Shown here in pieces: positions 1 to 12,985 of a DNA stretch of 55,817 nt. Under the pieces are notes generated by a model that searched no databases, had not been told where the DNA came from, and saw nothing but the letters and a program-made list of their open reading frames with translations. A program made the translations under genes and the position numbers. Source of the DNA: Leucoraja erinacea (lineage: Eukaryota); the NCBI RefSeq assembly GCF_028641065.1, contig NC_073411.1, forward strand, positions 7,192,001 through 7,247,817, in the 5' to 3' direction. Every line of letters starts with the position of its first letter. Within the stretch, counting starts at the first letter, position 1.

Positions 1-29
1 GCATGACTATGACTCGAGCGGTGATATGG

Positions 30-200
30 AGGTTGCGGAGGCCAGTGAGTTGAAAGGTGGGACCAGCGAGACTCCACCTCTATTCGTGAAAGTTGAAATA
101 CTGGTTCTCCAAGGCGGAGAATAAAGTCTGCAGACGTTGCCAGCGGGACAGAGGTTGATCGCTCAGACACTGGGGAGAGCAGTTTGGTTGGGACATCATG
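30..200 (+). promoter_or_regulatory. Conserved proximal promoter/5' UTR module of the MSMB-like genes
   Basis: The block gaggccagtg..tgaaaggtgggaccagcg..actccacctct...gg(a)gaat(a/g)aagtctgc recurs upstream of the ATG exon in other copies (e.g. ~6390-6580, ~33530-33722, ~39565-39705; reverse-complemented at ~18046-18230 and ~23320-23510). Confidence 0.55.
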
Positions 201-2655
201 GTATGTACGGATCAGCTTTGCGCATCTGTCTGTTGCTGGGTGATCGCTGTACAGGCGCCTTCCGCGGTGATAGTGACAGGGACATGTTGCACTCTAATGC
301 CCCTTTTCCACCGGGGGGTTTTGTCAGTCTCCCTACCTGCTTCCACTACCTGAAACTCCGGGAACCGCAGGGAAACATTGGGTGGGGCGCAAAGTCTCCA
401 GAGGTTTCCGTTCATGTTTCCTAAGTGGGACAGGGGCATACGTAACTTAAGCAGGTCGATCATCGAGCTTCTTATTTATCTCCCTCCATGCTTCCGCAGA
501 AACTCCTCCTGTGCATCGCTCTGCTGCTTCTCGCTGCTCAGCTGTCCGAATCCGCCTGCTTCTTTCAGCGACACCACAAAAGAGGTAATCGATCTGGCAG
601 TTCGACCCGCCGAGACCGCGCGGACCAACAATCGCCCGTACACGAGTTCGAGGGACTAGGGGCAATTAGGGACACTAGGGACAATTTACGTCAGCCAATT
701 AACCTATAGACCTGCAGGGCTTTGTAGTGTGCGAGGAAACCGGAGTGCCGGAGAAAACCCACGCGGTCACAGGGAGAATGCGCAAAACTCCTTACACACA
801 GCACCCGTAATCCGGGTTGAACTCGGATCTCTGGTGCTGTATGGCAGCAACTTTACCGTTGCGCCGCTGTGCCGTGCCAGTTAGTCATTAGTGGGACCCG
901 GCGCCAGGCAGACAAGGGCTCCACCCGAGCCGACTGCCTGCCTCTATTCCGGGGTTACGACGGCGCCCGGCTGTCCCTTGAAAAAGAACACGCAGTGGCC
1001 ACTGGCACCATGGTGGCTCCTATAGTCTCTTTGATGGTGGTGTTCCAGGAGCGCTGGGGGGGGGGGGGGGGGAGGTTACGGTGGGGGGGGGGGCAGCAGA
1101 CTGAACCCGGGTTGAACGGTACCGTGCGGCCAAGGGCCAGGTCCGGGTCAGTACACAAGAGGCTGGGTGCTGGCTCTCCTCACACGTCCGAACGGCTCAT
1201 TTCATGGGTGCGTTGGTGTTGAACGACCACAAGAGTCCCTCTCCCACCCATGTCCTCGGGCCACTCCACTCCCCGATAAGACACTGACCATCCGCTGTGC
1301 TTTGTTTTATCTCCAACAGCCAAAGGCAAACCCCCAGCGCCCCTGGGGTGTATTGATAAATCTGATGGGACGGCTCATGACATCGGAGAAAGTTGGAAAA
1401 ATGCCAACTGTCTGAACTGCGTGTGTTCATCTAATGGTTATGAATGCTGTGAGATGTAAGTAATCCTCCGCCATCCAGAGCACATGATCTGACCCCAGCG
1501 GCTGAAATGGCATCGTGGGACTAGGGTGGGTATTGGCGATGCCAGTCAGTGAGCCGTATGGGGTGGGCGATGGATTAGGACATGATGGGCATAGTCGACG
1601 GAACGGCCCGAGCGCCGACTCTCCCCATCTCTGCGCGAAACCCGACACACAAGCTCGGGCCTGAAGCTGGTTTTAGGTTGGGATCGGTGGAGGAGTCTTG
1701 GTGGAGGGAGGAAAGGAGGAACTGCATGGGGGACAATAATGTACTGTCGGAGTCAGCCATAGAGACACACGGCAAGGACACAGGCCCTTCAATCCACAGA
1801 GCCCATGCCGACCGTCAACTGCCCATTTTACTCGAATCCCACCCTAGCTCATTTAAGTCTAACATGGGACATGGAACATGGAACTTCAGATGTTGGTTTA
1901 TATTTTAAAAAACCGCATGGGCTGGAGTAACTCAGTGGGAGTGGGACAGGCCGCATCTCTGGAGAGAAGGAATGGGTGACTTTTCCGTCGATGCCCTTCT
2001 TGTTTAAGAGTGTCTTGTTGTCATATGTCACAGAGAGAAAAATGAAATCCAAACTTACTTGTGTATGATGCAGAAGAGTTGCAGTCTGAGCCTCTGAGTT
2101 ACTCCAACACTTTTGTGCCTTTTTCAAAATTAATGTGTATACACACACACAACAAACACACACACACACACGCACACGCACACGCACACACAAACACACA
2201 CACACACACACGTACGCGCACGCACACACACCCACACATATATAAACCTTCGTTACAATTGATCATGAGGCAGTGTCCGTTATTGCCGATTGTCCACCAT
2301 AACCGATTACTATTGCACACATACAGACAATAATAGTGAAACGACAGGGACAATATCCCCAAGTCTATGTAGTCTGGAGCTCATTTGGAGGTCGTTGTGT
2401 TTAATAGCCTGATAGCTGCAGAGAAAAAGGCTGGGGGGGGGGGTTGCTTTTGGGGGGGGCTTGCTTTTGTGAACATCCTTGGTGACTTTGACGTTCCGAA
2501 TCGTTCACCATTGAATCTCTGATCTGTTCCTCAGGTATTCCACGCCAACTAGTTTCCCAAAAGGTTGTAACGTACTTTTCGATCGTGAAGCTTGTGAGTT
2601 TCGAGCCCACGTGGAGTCCGACCCGTCTGTCGAGTGTCCAGTGCATGGGATATGA
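198..2655 (+). CDS. MSMB: Beta-microseminoprotein (PSP94)-like secreted protein, copy 1, 114 aa, 4 exons
   Basis: Exons 198-200 (ATG|gtatgt), 500-584, 1320-1455, 2535-2655, all GT-AG, phases 0/1/2. Product MKLLLCIALLLLAAQLSESA-CFFQRHHKRAKGKPPAPLGCIDKSDGTAHDIGESWKNANCLNCVCSSNGYECCEMYSTPTSFPKGCNVLFDREACEFRAHVESDPSVECPVHGI*. Signal peptide plus 10 Cys in the MSMB pattern (C, C..D..G..H..G..W..CxxCxC..CC..P..C..C..C). AATAAA at 2748-2753. Confidence 0.9.
298..438. mobile_element. Internally deleted MITE (TIR tgcccctgtcccactt) in copy 1 intron 1
   Basis: Same family as the full palindromic copies at 18754-18979 and 46710-46963. Confidence 0.7.
672..875 (-). mobile_element. tRNA-derived SINE (V-SINE-like)
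   Basis: gggacaattt...gaggaaaccggag...gaaaacccacgcggtcacagggagaatg...aaactcc...cagcaccc motif. Related copies at ~5200-5421, ~37290-37430, ~43825-44020, ~52285-52500 and ~24750-24920. Confidence 0.65.
2140..2240. repeat. (CA)n/(CACG)n microsatellite
   Basis: Direct inspection. Confidence 0.9.
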
Positions 2656-3349
2656 GCTGCAATAAGCCGGCCACTCCCTTCCAACGTGGAGACATTTCCT
2701 CAATGGGATACAGAAGCGTTGCCTCCTGCATGTAATGCCTGCATCGCAATAAACATATACCAAATATATTCTGTCGTCGGTTTCATCATTTTAGTACGAA
2801 ATGGGGGTGAATATGAGGAGACTTTGGGGAATGTTTTGGCGCATTTGGGAACTTGAGCGCCTGAGAAATTGTGAGTTGGGGCGCATGCAAGTAAACGTTT
2901 TAAGAATCTGCTCAACTGGAAGTGGGGAAGGGGATAACATTAATATCAGTAGCAACATCTATGAAATAATTCATTTAACTGAAAAGTATTACATTTCAAA
3001 TATTTAATTATCCATAATTTTGAATGAAGCGCTTGTTGTATTTAGAATCATTGATCATATTACACACTTAAATTCAGCTTGGATTGCATCCTGCAGATGG
3101 GACGGTGCCGCATGTGAGCTCACAACTGGAGGGAGAAACAAAACAGAGGACTACTGACCGACACCAGCAGTTGGTAAAATGTTGGAATGCAGCATAGATG
3201 TGATAATAGGTTACATTGCAATTAATAACACAAATTAAGTGCTATATCACCAGGATAAGGGATAAAGGCCCGTAAGAGTCCTGGAGATGGTATGGAGGTT
3301 GGTGTGGGAAAGGGTAGTGGACAGAAAAGGCAGGTGAATGGCGGAGAGC

Positions 3350-6195
3350 CAGGAGGAAGGGTTGGTTTAAACGTATTTTAATGCAAGGGGCCTGATGGTT
3401 AAGGCAGATGAGCTTAGTGCGTGGAGAGGTACGAGTGACTGGGACGTTGTAGCCATGGATGAAACCTGGTTAATGGAGGGGCAGGACTGGCAGCTCAACG
3501 TTCCGGGGTGCAGGAGCTTCTGTAGAGACAGGGGTGATGGCACAGGAGGAGGGGGGGCGGGGGGTTGCTGATCAAGAGGGATATCATGGCCGTGATCATA
3601 CGTGACATTATGGATGGATTGTCTAGTGTGGCTATATGGGTGGAGCTGTGGAACAAGAAAGGGATGGTCACCTTGTTGGGGGTGTACTACAGTCCCCCGA
3701 ATCGTCAACGGGTATTAGAAGAACAAATATGCCGGGAGATTGCAGACAGCTGAGGGTCTAATAAGGTTGTTGTGGTAGGGGATTTTAACATTCCCAATAT
3801 AGACTAGGAAAATCATAGTGTGAAGTGTTTAAATGGGGTGCAATTCCTCAAACGTATTCAGGAAAGTTTTCTTAAGCAGTATTTAGGGGGGCCCTACACG
3901 CGAGAGGGCAACACTGGATCTCGTATTGGGAATTTGGGTAGGCAAGTTAATTAAGTATTTGTGGAGGAGCCTTTTGGGACCAGTGATCACAGTTCGATTA
4001 AGATTAAGATAGTTATGGACAGGCACGGAGAGGGTCCACTCGTTAAAATGCTCATCTGGGGTAAGGCCTACTTTGAGGGTCTCGCTGAAGTTGACTGAAA
4101 CAGGTTATTCGAGGGGAAAGGAACATCGCTAAGTGCGATGTTTTTAAAAGTGTGCTAACGAAAGCTCAGAATATGTACGTTCCCATTAGAGTGAAGGGCA
4201 AAACAGGCAGATGGAAAGAAGTTTGGCTGACTAGTGAAATTTGGGGCGTTGGTCAAAAACAAGAAGGGACAGGTATAGGTAGTTGGGATCATGTTCAACC
4301 CTGGAGGAGTTTCGGGAACCAATGAGTAAACTTAAAAAGGAGATCAAATGGCAAATAGGGGCCAGGAGATAGCATTAAGGACAATCCCAAAAGCTTTATT
4401 AAATACATAAGGGGAGAAAGGGTAACTAGAGAGAGAGTTGGACCTCTCAGGAAGCAAAGCAGTCACCTCTATATGGAGCCCCAGGAGATGGGCAAGGTCC
4501 TCAATGAGTATTTCTCCTCTGTATTTACCGCAGATCTGTATTTACATTAGGACTGAAGAACTTGGGGCAGTCAATGGAAGTGTGTTGAGAGCAGTCAGTG
4601 TTACCATCGAAGAAGTACTGAAGGCACTGTCGTGTATGAAGGTAGATAAACCTCCAGGGCCTGATCAGATATATCCAAGGACATTGTGGGAAGTTAGAAA
4701 ATTGCGGGAGCCCTGGTTGAATTTTACGATTCGTCCTTAAATACGGGAGAGGTGCTGGAAGACTGGAGGGTGGCCAATGTTGTGTCTCTTTTCAAGAACG
4801 GCTGCTGGGAAAATGCTGGGAACTATAGGCGGTGAGCTTATCATCTGTTGTTGGAAAGATATTAGAGCGCCTTCTGAGGGATAGGATATACAGACAGTTG
4901 TATGGGCAGGGGCTGATTAGAAATGGTCAGCATGGTTTTGTGCATGGGAGGTCGTGTCTCATAACTGATATTTTTGAAGACGTGACCAAAAAGGTCTATG
5001 AGGGCAGAGCTTTAGATGCTGAGTGCATGGATTTCAGTAAGGCATTCAACACGTTTCCGCATGGCAGGCTGCTCTGGGAGGTTAAATCGAATGGGATCCA
5101 AGGAGAGATAACGGAATGGATCGCAACATGGTTCCATGGAAGGAAGCCGGGGGTGATGGTGGTAGGTTGCTTCTTGGACTGGAGGCCTGTGACTAGTGGT
5201 TTTAGTTTAATTTGGTTTAGGGATACAGAACAGAAATAGGCCCTTCGGCCCACCGGGTCCGCGCCGACCACCGATCCCAGCACTATGCTACACCCACTGG
5301 GGAATTTGTTTACATTTTACCAAGCCTATTAACCTACAAACATGTATGTCTTTGGATCGTGGGAGGAAACCGAAGATGTCGGAGAAAACCCACGTAGGTC
5401 CTTACAGACAGCACCCGTAGCCGGTGTCAGGCTGGGTCCGTTACTATTTGTCATCTGTATCAATGATTTGGATGAGAACATACAGGGCAAAATTAGCAAG
5501 TTTGCTGATGAGTGGTTTTAGTGAGTGGCAGATAGCGAAGATGGTTGTGAAACATTACAGAAGGATCTAGATCGATTGGCCATGTTGGCGGAGGATTAGT
5601 TGCTGGGTATTGAGTATAGAAGTTGGGAGATCATGTGCAGTTGGGTAAGATGTTGATGAGACCGCATTTAGAATATTGTGTTCAGTTCTGGACACCGTGT
5701 TATAGGAGAGATATTGTCAAGCTTGAAAGGGTTCCGAAAAGATTTACAAGGATGCTGCCAGGTATAGAGGGTGAGAGCTTTAGGGAGAGGTTGCACAGGC
5801 AGGAGTGCACGGGAGATGAGGGGGGATCTTATAGAGGTGTACAAAATCATGAGAGGAATAGTTCGGGTAGATGCACAGAGTCCCTTGCCCAGAGTAGGGG
5901 AATCGAAGACCGGAGGACACAGGCTCAAGGTGAAGGGGTAATGATTTGATAGGAATCCGAGGGGTATGTTTTATCACACAGAGGGTGGTGGGTGTATGGA
6001 GCAGCTGCCAGAGTAGGTAGTTGAGTTTGGGACTACCCCATCGTTTAAGAAACAGTTAAACAGGTATATGGCTAGGACAGGTGTGGAGGGATATGGACCA
6101 GGCGCAGGCAAGTGGGACCAGTGTAGCTGGAACATTGTTGGCCGGCGTGGGCACGTTGCGCCGAAGGGCCTGTTTCCACAACGTATGATTCTAAA
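3350..6195 (+). mobile_element. Degenerate CR1-type LINE ORF2 (endonuclease + reverse transcriptase) with nested SINE
   Basis: Fragments AIWVELWNKKGMVTLLGVYYSPPN (APE), KPPGPDQIYPRTL, QHGFVHGRSCL..MDFSKAF, RPHLEYCVQFW. Multiple stops and frameshifts. A SINE is inserted at ~5200-5421. Confidence 0.9.
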
Positions 6196-6384
6196 CAACA
6201 AAATACACAGAATGGTCGATTAAGTCAGTGGGTCAGGCAGCATCGATGACGAGCGTTTCGGGTGAGATCAAACTGACTGGGTGGTGGTGGGGGGGGGGGG
6301 GGGGGAGGAGAGATAACACGAGGAGAGGAAGGGGAGACTAAAGAGCCGCAGGTAGCAGCGGGTAACCACAGAGGAGGAGCACTT

Positions 6385-6630
6385 GCCGTGGAGGCCAGTG
6401 GGGTGAAAGGTGGGGCCAGTGGAAGCCCACCTCTACTCTGAGTGGATCGGTCACTGTAGCAGAAGGAACAGTTAAAAGAGCGGTTCTCGAGAGCGGAGAA
6501 TCAAATCTGCAGGCGGTGTCACCAGAAAAGAAGTAGCCAGCTCAGACACTTGGGAGAAGCGACCTGGTTGGGAGACCATGGTATGTACGGTGCAGCTTTC
6601 GGCATTTGGCTGTTGTTTGGTCTTCGATAA
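6385..6630 (+). promoter_or_regulatory. Orphan duplicate promoter and ATG-only exon 1 (ATG 6578-6580, gtatgt donor) upstream of copy 2
   Basis: gacacttgggagaagcgacctggttgggagaccATG|gtatgtacgg is nearly the same as the copy-2 exon 1 at 7372-7412. No exon 2 of its own follows. Confidence 0.7.
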
Positions 6631-7400
6631 ACTGATGTTGTCAAAACTCGATTGCCTGAGCTATAGAGAGAGGTTGGGGGCGCTGCGACCTTGGCAGCGC
6701 AGAAGCATGAGGTGTGGACATAGAGGTGTGTAAAATCATAAAGGAAATAGATAGATTCAATGTGCAGAGTATTTTACGCGGAGTTGGGGAATAAATCACC
6801 AGAGGATATGAATTTAAGGAGAAATTTAATAGGAGCGCCGGCGTCAACTTTTTCACACGGTGGATGCATGAGTTGCCAGACGAGGCACTGAAGGCAGGGC
6901 CTGTAACAAGATTTAAATTACAAAATAAGACGCGATATGTTGGAGTAACTCCGTGGGTTAGGCAACATCTCTGGGGAACATAGATGGGTGGTATTTCGGG
7001 AGGCGACACTTTTCAGACTGATTGGGGTGAAATTGAAGGTGGGGGGGAGGGGCGGGGGGAACTGGAATAAAGGAGGGGCGGGGCAAAGGATAGCAGATAG
7101 TAGCAGGAATCACAGTGGGGCAGCAGTGAGAGTGGATCTCAGGACTCCCATCAGGAAGAGGAGGACAACATCTTCAAAGGATTGAGACGTTTTTCAGCAG
7201 CTATTACAGAGGAGGGAGGGGGGGGGGGGGGGGGCACTGGTTTGTGGAGGCCCAGCGGAACAAAATCTCTACTCTGAATGGACTGGCCATTGGCAGCATC
7301 AAGCTTAAGTTAAAAGGCCGGTTCTCGAGAGTGGGTAATGACGTCGGCAGCGGAACAGAGCTTGTCAACTCGGACACTTGGGAGAAGCGACCTGGTTGGC

Positions 7401-10400
7401 ATGGTATGTACGGATCAATTTGTGCGTCTGTCTGTTGCTTGGTCTTCAGTAAACGGCCCAGCGCAGCTCCAATTCGATGCACAACCGCCGTCCGAGGTAG
7501 CAGAGACACGGACATGTTGCAGTGTTAACCACGTCGTTCATTAAGCTCTCTCTTTCTCCCCCCCCCCCCCCCCCCCCCCCCCCCCCTTGCAGAACCTCAT
7601 TATGTGCATCGCTCTGCTGCTTCTCGCTGTTCAGCTGACGGATTCCGCCTGTTCCATTCAGCCACAGAGGGCAAACGGTAATTATCTATGTCAATCCTTC
7701 TCTCAGATCCGTCGCTAATACTTAGCCGACATTGGGGAGCGGTACATCATATTCAGGTCCAGCGCCAACGGCCATCACATTTGACATCCCGCCTGTTCCT
7801 CGGTCGGGTTGGAGTCTGAGGATAGTGGAGTTGATGCCCCGACCAATTCTCAATTGAGGGAGCGCTCCTCTATTGCACCTCAGCTGAGGCACAGAACCGT
7901 GCCCAGGGGATCTCCTCAGAATGATATGCAGCCACCCCTGAACCACGGTCAATATTTGACCCTCAACAGTTTTTGATAGAACAGGTCATGCTGGGCTCGT
8001 AATGGAGTCCACGCTAATCTGTTACAATGGCGGCATCTCGCCAGCTCCTCATTCGCCGAGATGCGTTTTCCCTGAGAATGGTGAAAGTGCCCCCAGAAGT
8101 TCCTCCCAAACCAGTGACCGGTCCTGGGACCCGCAGCGTGGACCCCATTGTGTCAAGGGTTCCTACTTTAACCAGGGGCAACGGCGAGGCCTACCAAAGT
8201 ATCGGGTGAGCTACGAGAATGGGCTGCTCCCTTCTTACTGGCTCCGCTTCAGTCCCCCATCATCCTGATCTTTGATCACCCGGTGCGGACGGGGGAGGGT
8301 CTGGAGGGAGGGAGAAAGGGGTGGGAGGTTGGTGGGGGAGCGGGTGTCCCTGTCGGGTTGCTCCTGGGCCTGGCCAAGATGGCCATCCGCGAGTCACGGC
8401 GCCAGGCGGCGGAGGGCTCTACCCGGGCCAGCTGCCTGCCCCTTTTCCGGGGATATGTCCGTGCCCGGGTGGGATTAGAAAGGGAATACGCCCTGTCTGT
8501 GGGCACCCTGAGGGAGTTCAGGGACCGCTGGGCTCCGCAGGGTGTTGAATGTATCCTCAATAAGGATTGTATCATAATTGTATAATAGTTTATTATGGAT
8601 ATATGTTTGTATTGTATTTATGGTGGTGGGTCCCTGGCTTGTTTTATTGTAGTGTACGCAGTGTCCGTGGGAACTCTGGAGGCCATCACGGGTCCAGTTG
8701 ACGTGATCTGCCCGAGTCGGCTGCCTGTCCCTCTTCCAGGTCTACGTCCGTGCCCGCGAGTCCCTGGAGAGCGAGCACGCAGTGTCCGTGGGAACTCTGG
8801 AGGCCATCCGTGATGGGTGGTCGCCGCGGGGGTCGAGTCTGCTGTAGATAAAGTTGACAATAACTTAATCTTATAACTGTTAGATTGTAAACTGCCAATG
8901 GCAGTCTTGATTTTGTATCTGTATTTAAATGAATAAACACTGGTAGGATTTTTTTTAAGTGCGGAGGGGAGAGGGAAGATAAGAGGGTGGCCTGGACAAG
9001 CGGGCCATTAGTGGGTCACGGCGCCAGGTTGACGAGAGCTCTAACCGAGCCGACTGTCTGTCCCTATTTGGGTCACGGCGGCGCCCAACTGTCCAATGCA
9101 AAAGAGCACGTGGTGCCCAATGGCACCGTGAAGACACTCCGTGGCGGCTCGGCGCCGCGGGCTGGGTGTTAGGTCGGGCCGTTTCAAACAGAACCCGGGC
9201 GAAACGGCAGCTTGACGCCAAGGCCCAGGCCCGTTCAGTGCTACCTGGAACAGACCCTGACTCTTCCCAAACACCAGAATGGCACATTTCCTGGGTGCGG
9301 TCGTTGAGCCAGCACCAGGGCTTCGCCACGACGTCGAGTCACTGCACGCCCAGATGGGACACTGACCAACCGCTCTCTTTGTCACCAACAGCTGCGGGAA
9401 TATTCCCGCCGCCCGACACGTGCATTGATAAATTCTACGGGACGCATTATAAATTAGGCGATAAATGGAAGGACCTCGAATGCCGCCGATGCACGTGCAC
9501 GTCCGACGGTACTGCATGCTGTGATATGTAAGTAATCCCACACCGTTCAGCTCACACGATCTAACCATATAACAATTACAGCACGGAAACAGGCCATGTC
9601 GGCCCTACAAGTCCGTGCCGAACATCTTTTTTTTCCCCTTAGTCCCACCTGCCTGCACTCATACCATAACCCTCCATTCCCTTCTCATCCATATGCCTAT
9701 CCAATTTATTTTTAAATGATACCAACGAACCTGCCTCCACCACTTCCACTGGAAGCTCATTACACACCGCTACCACTCTCTGAGTAAAGAAGTTCCCCCT
9801 CATATTACCCCTAAACTTCTGTCCCTTAATTCTGAAGTCATGTTCTCTTGTTTGAATCCTCCCTATTCTCAAAGGGAAAAGCTTGTCCACATCAACTCTG
9901 TCTATCCCTCTCATCATTTTAAAGACCTCTATCAAGTCCCCCCTCAACCTTCTGCGCTCCAGAGAATAAAGACCTAAGTTATTCAACCTATCTCTGTAAC
10001 TTAGTTGTTGAAACCCAGGCAACATTCCAGTAAATCTCTTCTGTACTCTCTCTATTTTGTTGACATCCTTCCTATAATTGGGCGACCAAAATTGTACACC
10101 ATACTCCAGATTTGGTCTCACCAATGCCTTGTACAATTTTAACATTACATCCCAGCTTCTATACTCAATGCTCTGATTTATAAAGGCTAGCATACCAAAA
10201 GCTTTCTTTACCACCCTATCTATATGAAATTCCACCTTCAAGGAATTATGCACGGTTATACCCAGATCCCACTGTTCAACTGTATTCTTCAATTCCCTAC
10301 CATTTACCATTTACGTCCTATTTTGATTTGTCCTGCCAAGGTGTAGCACCTCACATTTATCAGCATTAAACTCCATCTGCCATCTTTCAGCCCATTTTTC

Positions 10401-12064
10401 CAAATGGCCTAAATCACTCTGTAGACTTTGGAAATCCACTTCATTATCCACAACCCCCTATCTTGGTATCATCTGCATACTTACTAATCCAATTTACCAC
10501 ACCTTCATCCAGATCATTGATGTACATCACAAACAACAAAGGACCCAACACAGATCCCTGAGTCACCCCACTAGTCACCTGCCTCCAACCTGATAAACAG
10601 CCATCCACCATTACCCTCTGGCTTCTCCCATTCAGCCACTGCTGAATCCATCTTGCTATTCCTGCATCTATACCCAACAGTTGAACCTTCTTAACCAACC
10701 TTCCATGAGGAACCTTGTCAAAGGCCTTACTGAAGTCCATATAGACAACATCCACAGCCTTACCCTCGTCAATTTCCCTAGTAACCTCTTCAAAAAATTC
10801 AAGAAGATTAGTCAAACATGACCTTCCAGGCACAAATCCATGTTGACTGTTCCTAATCAGACCCGGTTTATCTAGATGCTTATATATATTATCTCTAAGT
10901 ATCTTTTCCATTAATTTGCCCACCACTGAAGTCAAACTAACAGGTCTATAATTGCTAGCTTTACTCTTAGAACCCTTTTTAAAGAATGGAACAACATGCG
11001 CAGTACGCCAATCCTCGCGGACTATTCCCGTTTCTAATGACAATCTGATCGCTGTGGCTGAAATGGAGCCACGTGGCACGGTTGGGTGGCGCTGAAGCCA
11101 CGAACACATCCGTGTGGCTTGGCGATGGATTGGAAATAGACGGGCATACTATACAAAACACCCCCGAACGCCGGCCTCTCCATATCCGTACCAAACCCGA
11201 CACACGGGCCACCGTCTTAGAATAAAGGGGAGGTCATTTAACACTGAGGTGAGAAAAAATGTTCACCCAGCGAGTTGCGAATTTATGGAATTCCCTACCC
11301 CAGAGGGCAGCGGAGGCCAAATCACTGGATGGATTTAAGAGAGAGTTGGACAGAGCTCTAGGGGCTAGTGGAGTCAAGGGATATGGGGAGAAGACAGGCA
11401 CGGGTTATTGATAGGGGACGATCAGCCATGATCACAATGAATGGCGGTGCTGGCTCGAAGGGTCAAATGGCCTACTCCTGCTCCTATGTTCTATGTTTCT
11501 ATGACACAAGGGAAGGCTTGACCCGGGATCTAATTCTATGTAGGACTGGCGGCGGCTTGGCGGAGGAATAGACGGATGTAATGGCGTGTTGGGCGGTAAT
11601 ACTTGAAGCAAACCATAGACTCACACAGCACGAACACCGGCCCTTCAGCGCAACGCCCATAACCCCTGATTCCTCCAACACCGTTGGTGCCACTCTGGAT
11701 AATTGTGGCAAACGGAATTTTAAGAATCAATAGTGTTTTGTTGTCGTATGTCCTGAAACGGAGCAATGTAATTCTTAATTGCAGCAGCAACACCATATGT
11801 AGATCAGAGATAATTTTGAGATTGTAGTGCTTAATAGTTTTATGGTTATGGGGAAGTACCCGAGGGCCTCCTTCTATGAGCATCTTTTCTGTGATTCCGA
11901 ATAGTTCATCATTGGTTCTCTATCTGTTCCACAGGCTTTTCATGCCAACTAGTTACGCTGACAATTGTATCGTAACTCTCGATGTGGAGGCTTGTATGTA
12001 TCGTGTGCACCTGATAAATGACCGGTCTGTCGACTGTCCAGAGCACACAGCTAATGGAAAATGA
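7401..12064 (+). CDS. MSMB: MSMB-like copy 2, 117 aa, 4 exons
   Basis: Exons 7401-7403, 7593-7677, 9392-9527, 11935-12064, GT-AG. MNLIMCIALLLLAVQLTDSA-CSIQPQRANAAGIFPPPDTCIDKFYGTHYKLGDKWKDLECRRCTCTSDGTACCDMLFMPTSYADNCIVTLDVEACMYRVHLINDRSVDCPEHTANGK*. AATAAA at 12156-12161. Confidence 0.9.
8269..8620 (+). mobile_element. 3' fragment of a Tx1/L1-like non-LTR retrotransposon ORF2
   Basis: ORF 8283-8585 VGLLLGLAKMAIRESRR...CLPLFRGYVRARVGLERE...FRDRW resembles a Tx1-type ORF2 C-terminus followed by an AT-rich tail. Related pieces at ~880-1060, ~8980-9150, ~15680-15930, ~16720-16960 and ~21240-21500. Confidence 0.6.
9563..11045 (-). mobile_element. Young 5'-truncated CR1 LINE (RT and 3' end) in copy 2 intron 3
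   Basis: ORFs 10444-11109 (NYRPVSLTS, QHGFVPGRSCLTNL, QGSVLGP, YADD) and 9639-10310 (RPNLEYGVQFWSP) are long and nearly undisrupted. Confidence 0.93.
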
Positions 12065-12329
12065 GATGGAATAAACAGGCAGCTCCTTTCCCATGTGGAG
12101 GCTTTTGTTAATGGGATACAGGAGCCTTGACTCTTGCATGTAATGTCTGCATCGCAATAAACGCATAGCAAACTTATTCTCTTTACGTCTTCTGGACCAT
12201 TATTTTAATAAGAAAAAGGCGTACGGAAGAGGAGCCTCTGGTAGGTGTTGTGGCGCATCTGCATGGTGCCGAAGGATGTGATGGAGGGGTGGGTATTGCA
12301 CTCACAAGGTTTGCAATGGAGTGTGCCAG

Positions 12330-12985
12330 AGGCCAGGTGCAGCAGGCTGTGAGGAAAGCAAATGCATGTTCATTTGAGCATCGGAGCAAGTAGGTCCAAC
12401 TGCAGTCGTACAGGGCCCTGGTGAGACCGCACCTGGAGTATTGTGTGCAATTTTGGTTTCCTAATTTGAGGAAGGACATTCTTGCTCTTGCGGGAGTGCA
12501 GCGTAGGTTCACCAGATTAATTCCCGGGATGGCGGGACTGATATATGGTGAAAGAATGGGACGACTGGGCTTATATTCACTAGAATCTAGGAGGGTGAGA
12601 AGGGATTTTATAAGAACATATCAAATTCTCAAGGAATTGGACAAGCTAAATACAGGAAAATTATTCCTCATGTTGGGGTAGTCCAGAACTAAGGGTCACA
12701 GTTTACGCATAAGCGGTAAGCCATTTAGGACTGAGATGAGGAACAAATTCACCCAGAGAGTTGCAAGTCTGTGGAATTCTCTGCCACACGAGGCAGTGGG
12801 GGCCAATTCATTGGATGTCTTCAAGGGAGAGTTAGATATAGCTCTTGCGGCTAACGGAATTAAGGGATGTGGGGAAAGGCAGAAACGGGGTTCTGATTTT
12901 GGATGATCAGCCACGATCATATTGAATGGCGGTGCTGCCTCAAAAGGCCGAATGTCCTACTCCTGCACCTATTTTCTATGTTTCG
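12330..12985 (+). mobile_element. CR1 LINE 3' fragment
   Basis: RPHLEYCVQFWFPNLRKDI plus the family 3' UTR ending ctactcctgcacctattttctatgtttc. A shorter piece lies at 11207-11500. Confidence 0.85.

Noticed and set aside
119-126. AATAAA upstream of exon 1 as a TATA box
   Set aside because: Not conserved among paralogs (gaatcaa, gaatgaa, gaattac), so it cannot be called without transcription start data.
1849-2362. Cys/Val- and His/Thr-rich ORFs
   Set aside because: They are translations of the (CA)n microsatellite.
198-2655. Alternative identity as MSMP, a VWC-domain protein or a three-finger toxin
   Set aside because: The ATG-only exon 1, four-exon layout, size and 10-Cys spacing fit MSMB best; exact orthology still needs a phylogeny.
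9639-11109. Long ~220-aa RT-like ORFs as a host gene or novel RT system
   Set aside because: This is an ordinary 5'-truncated CR1 LINE lying antisense in an intron.
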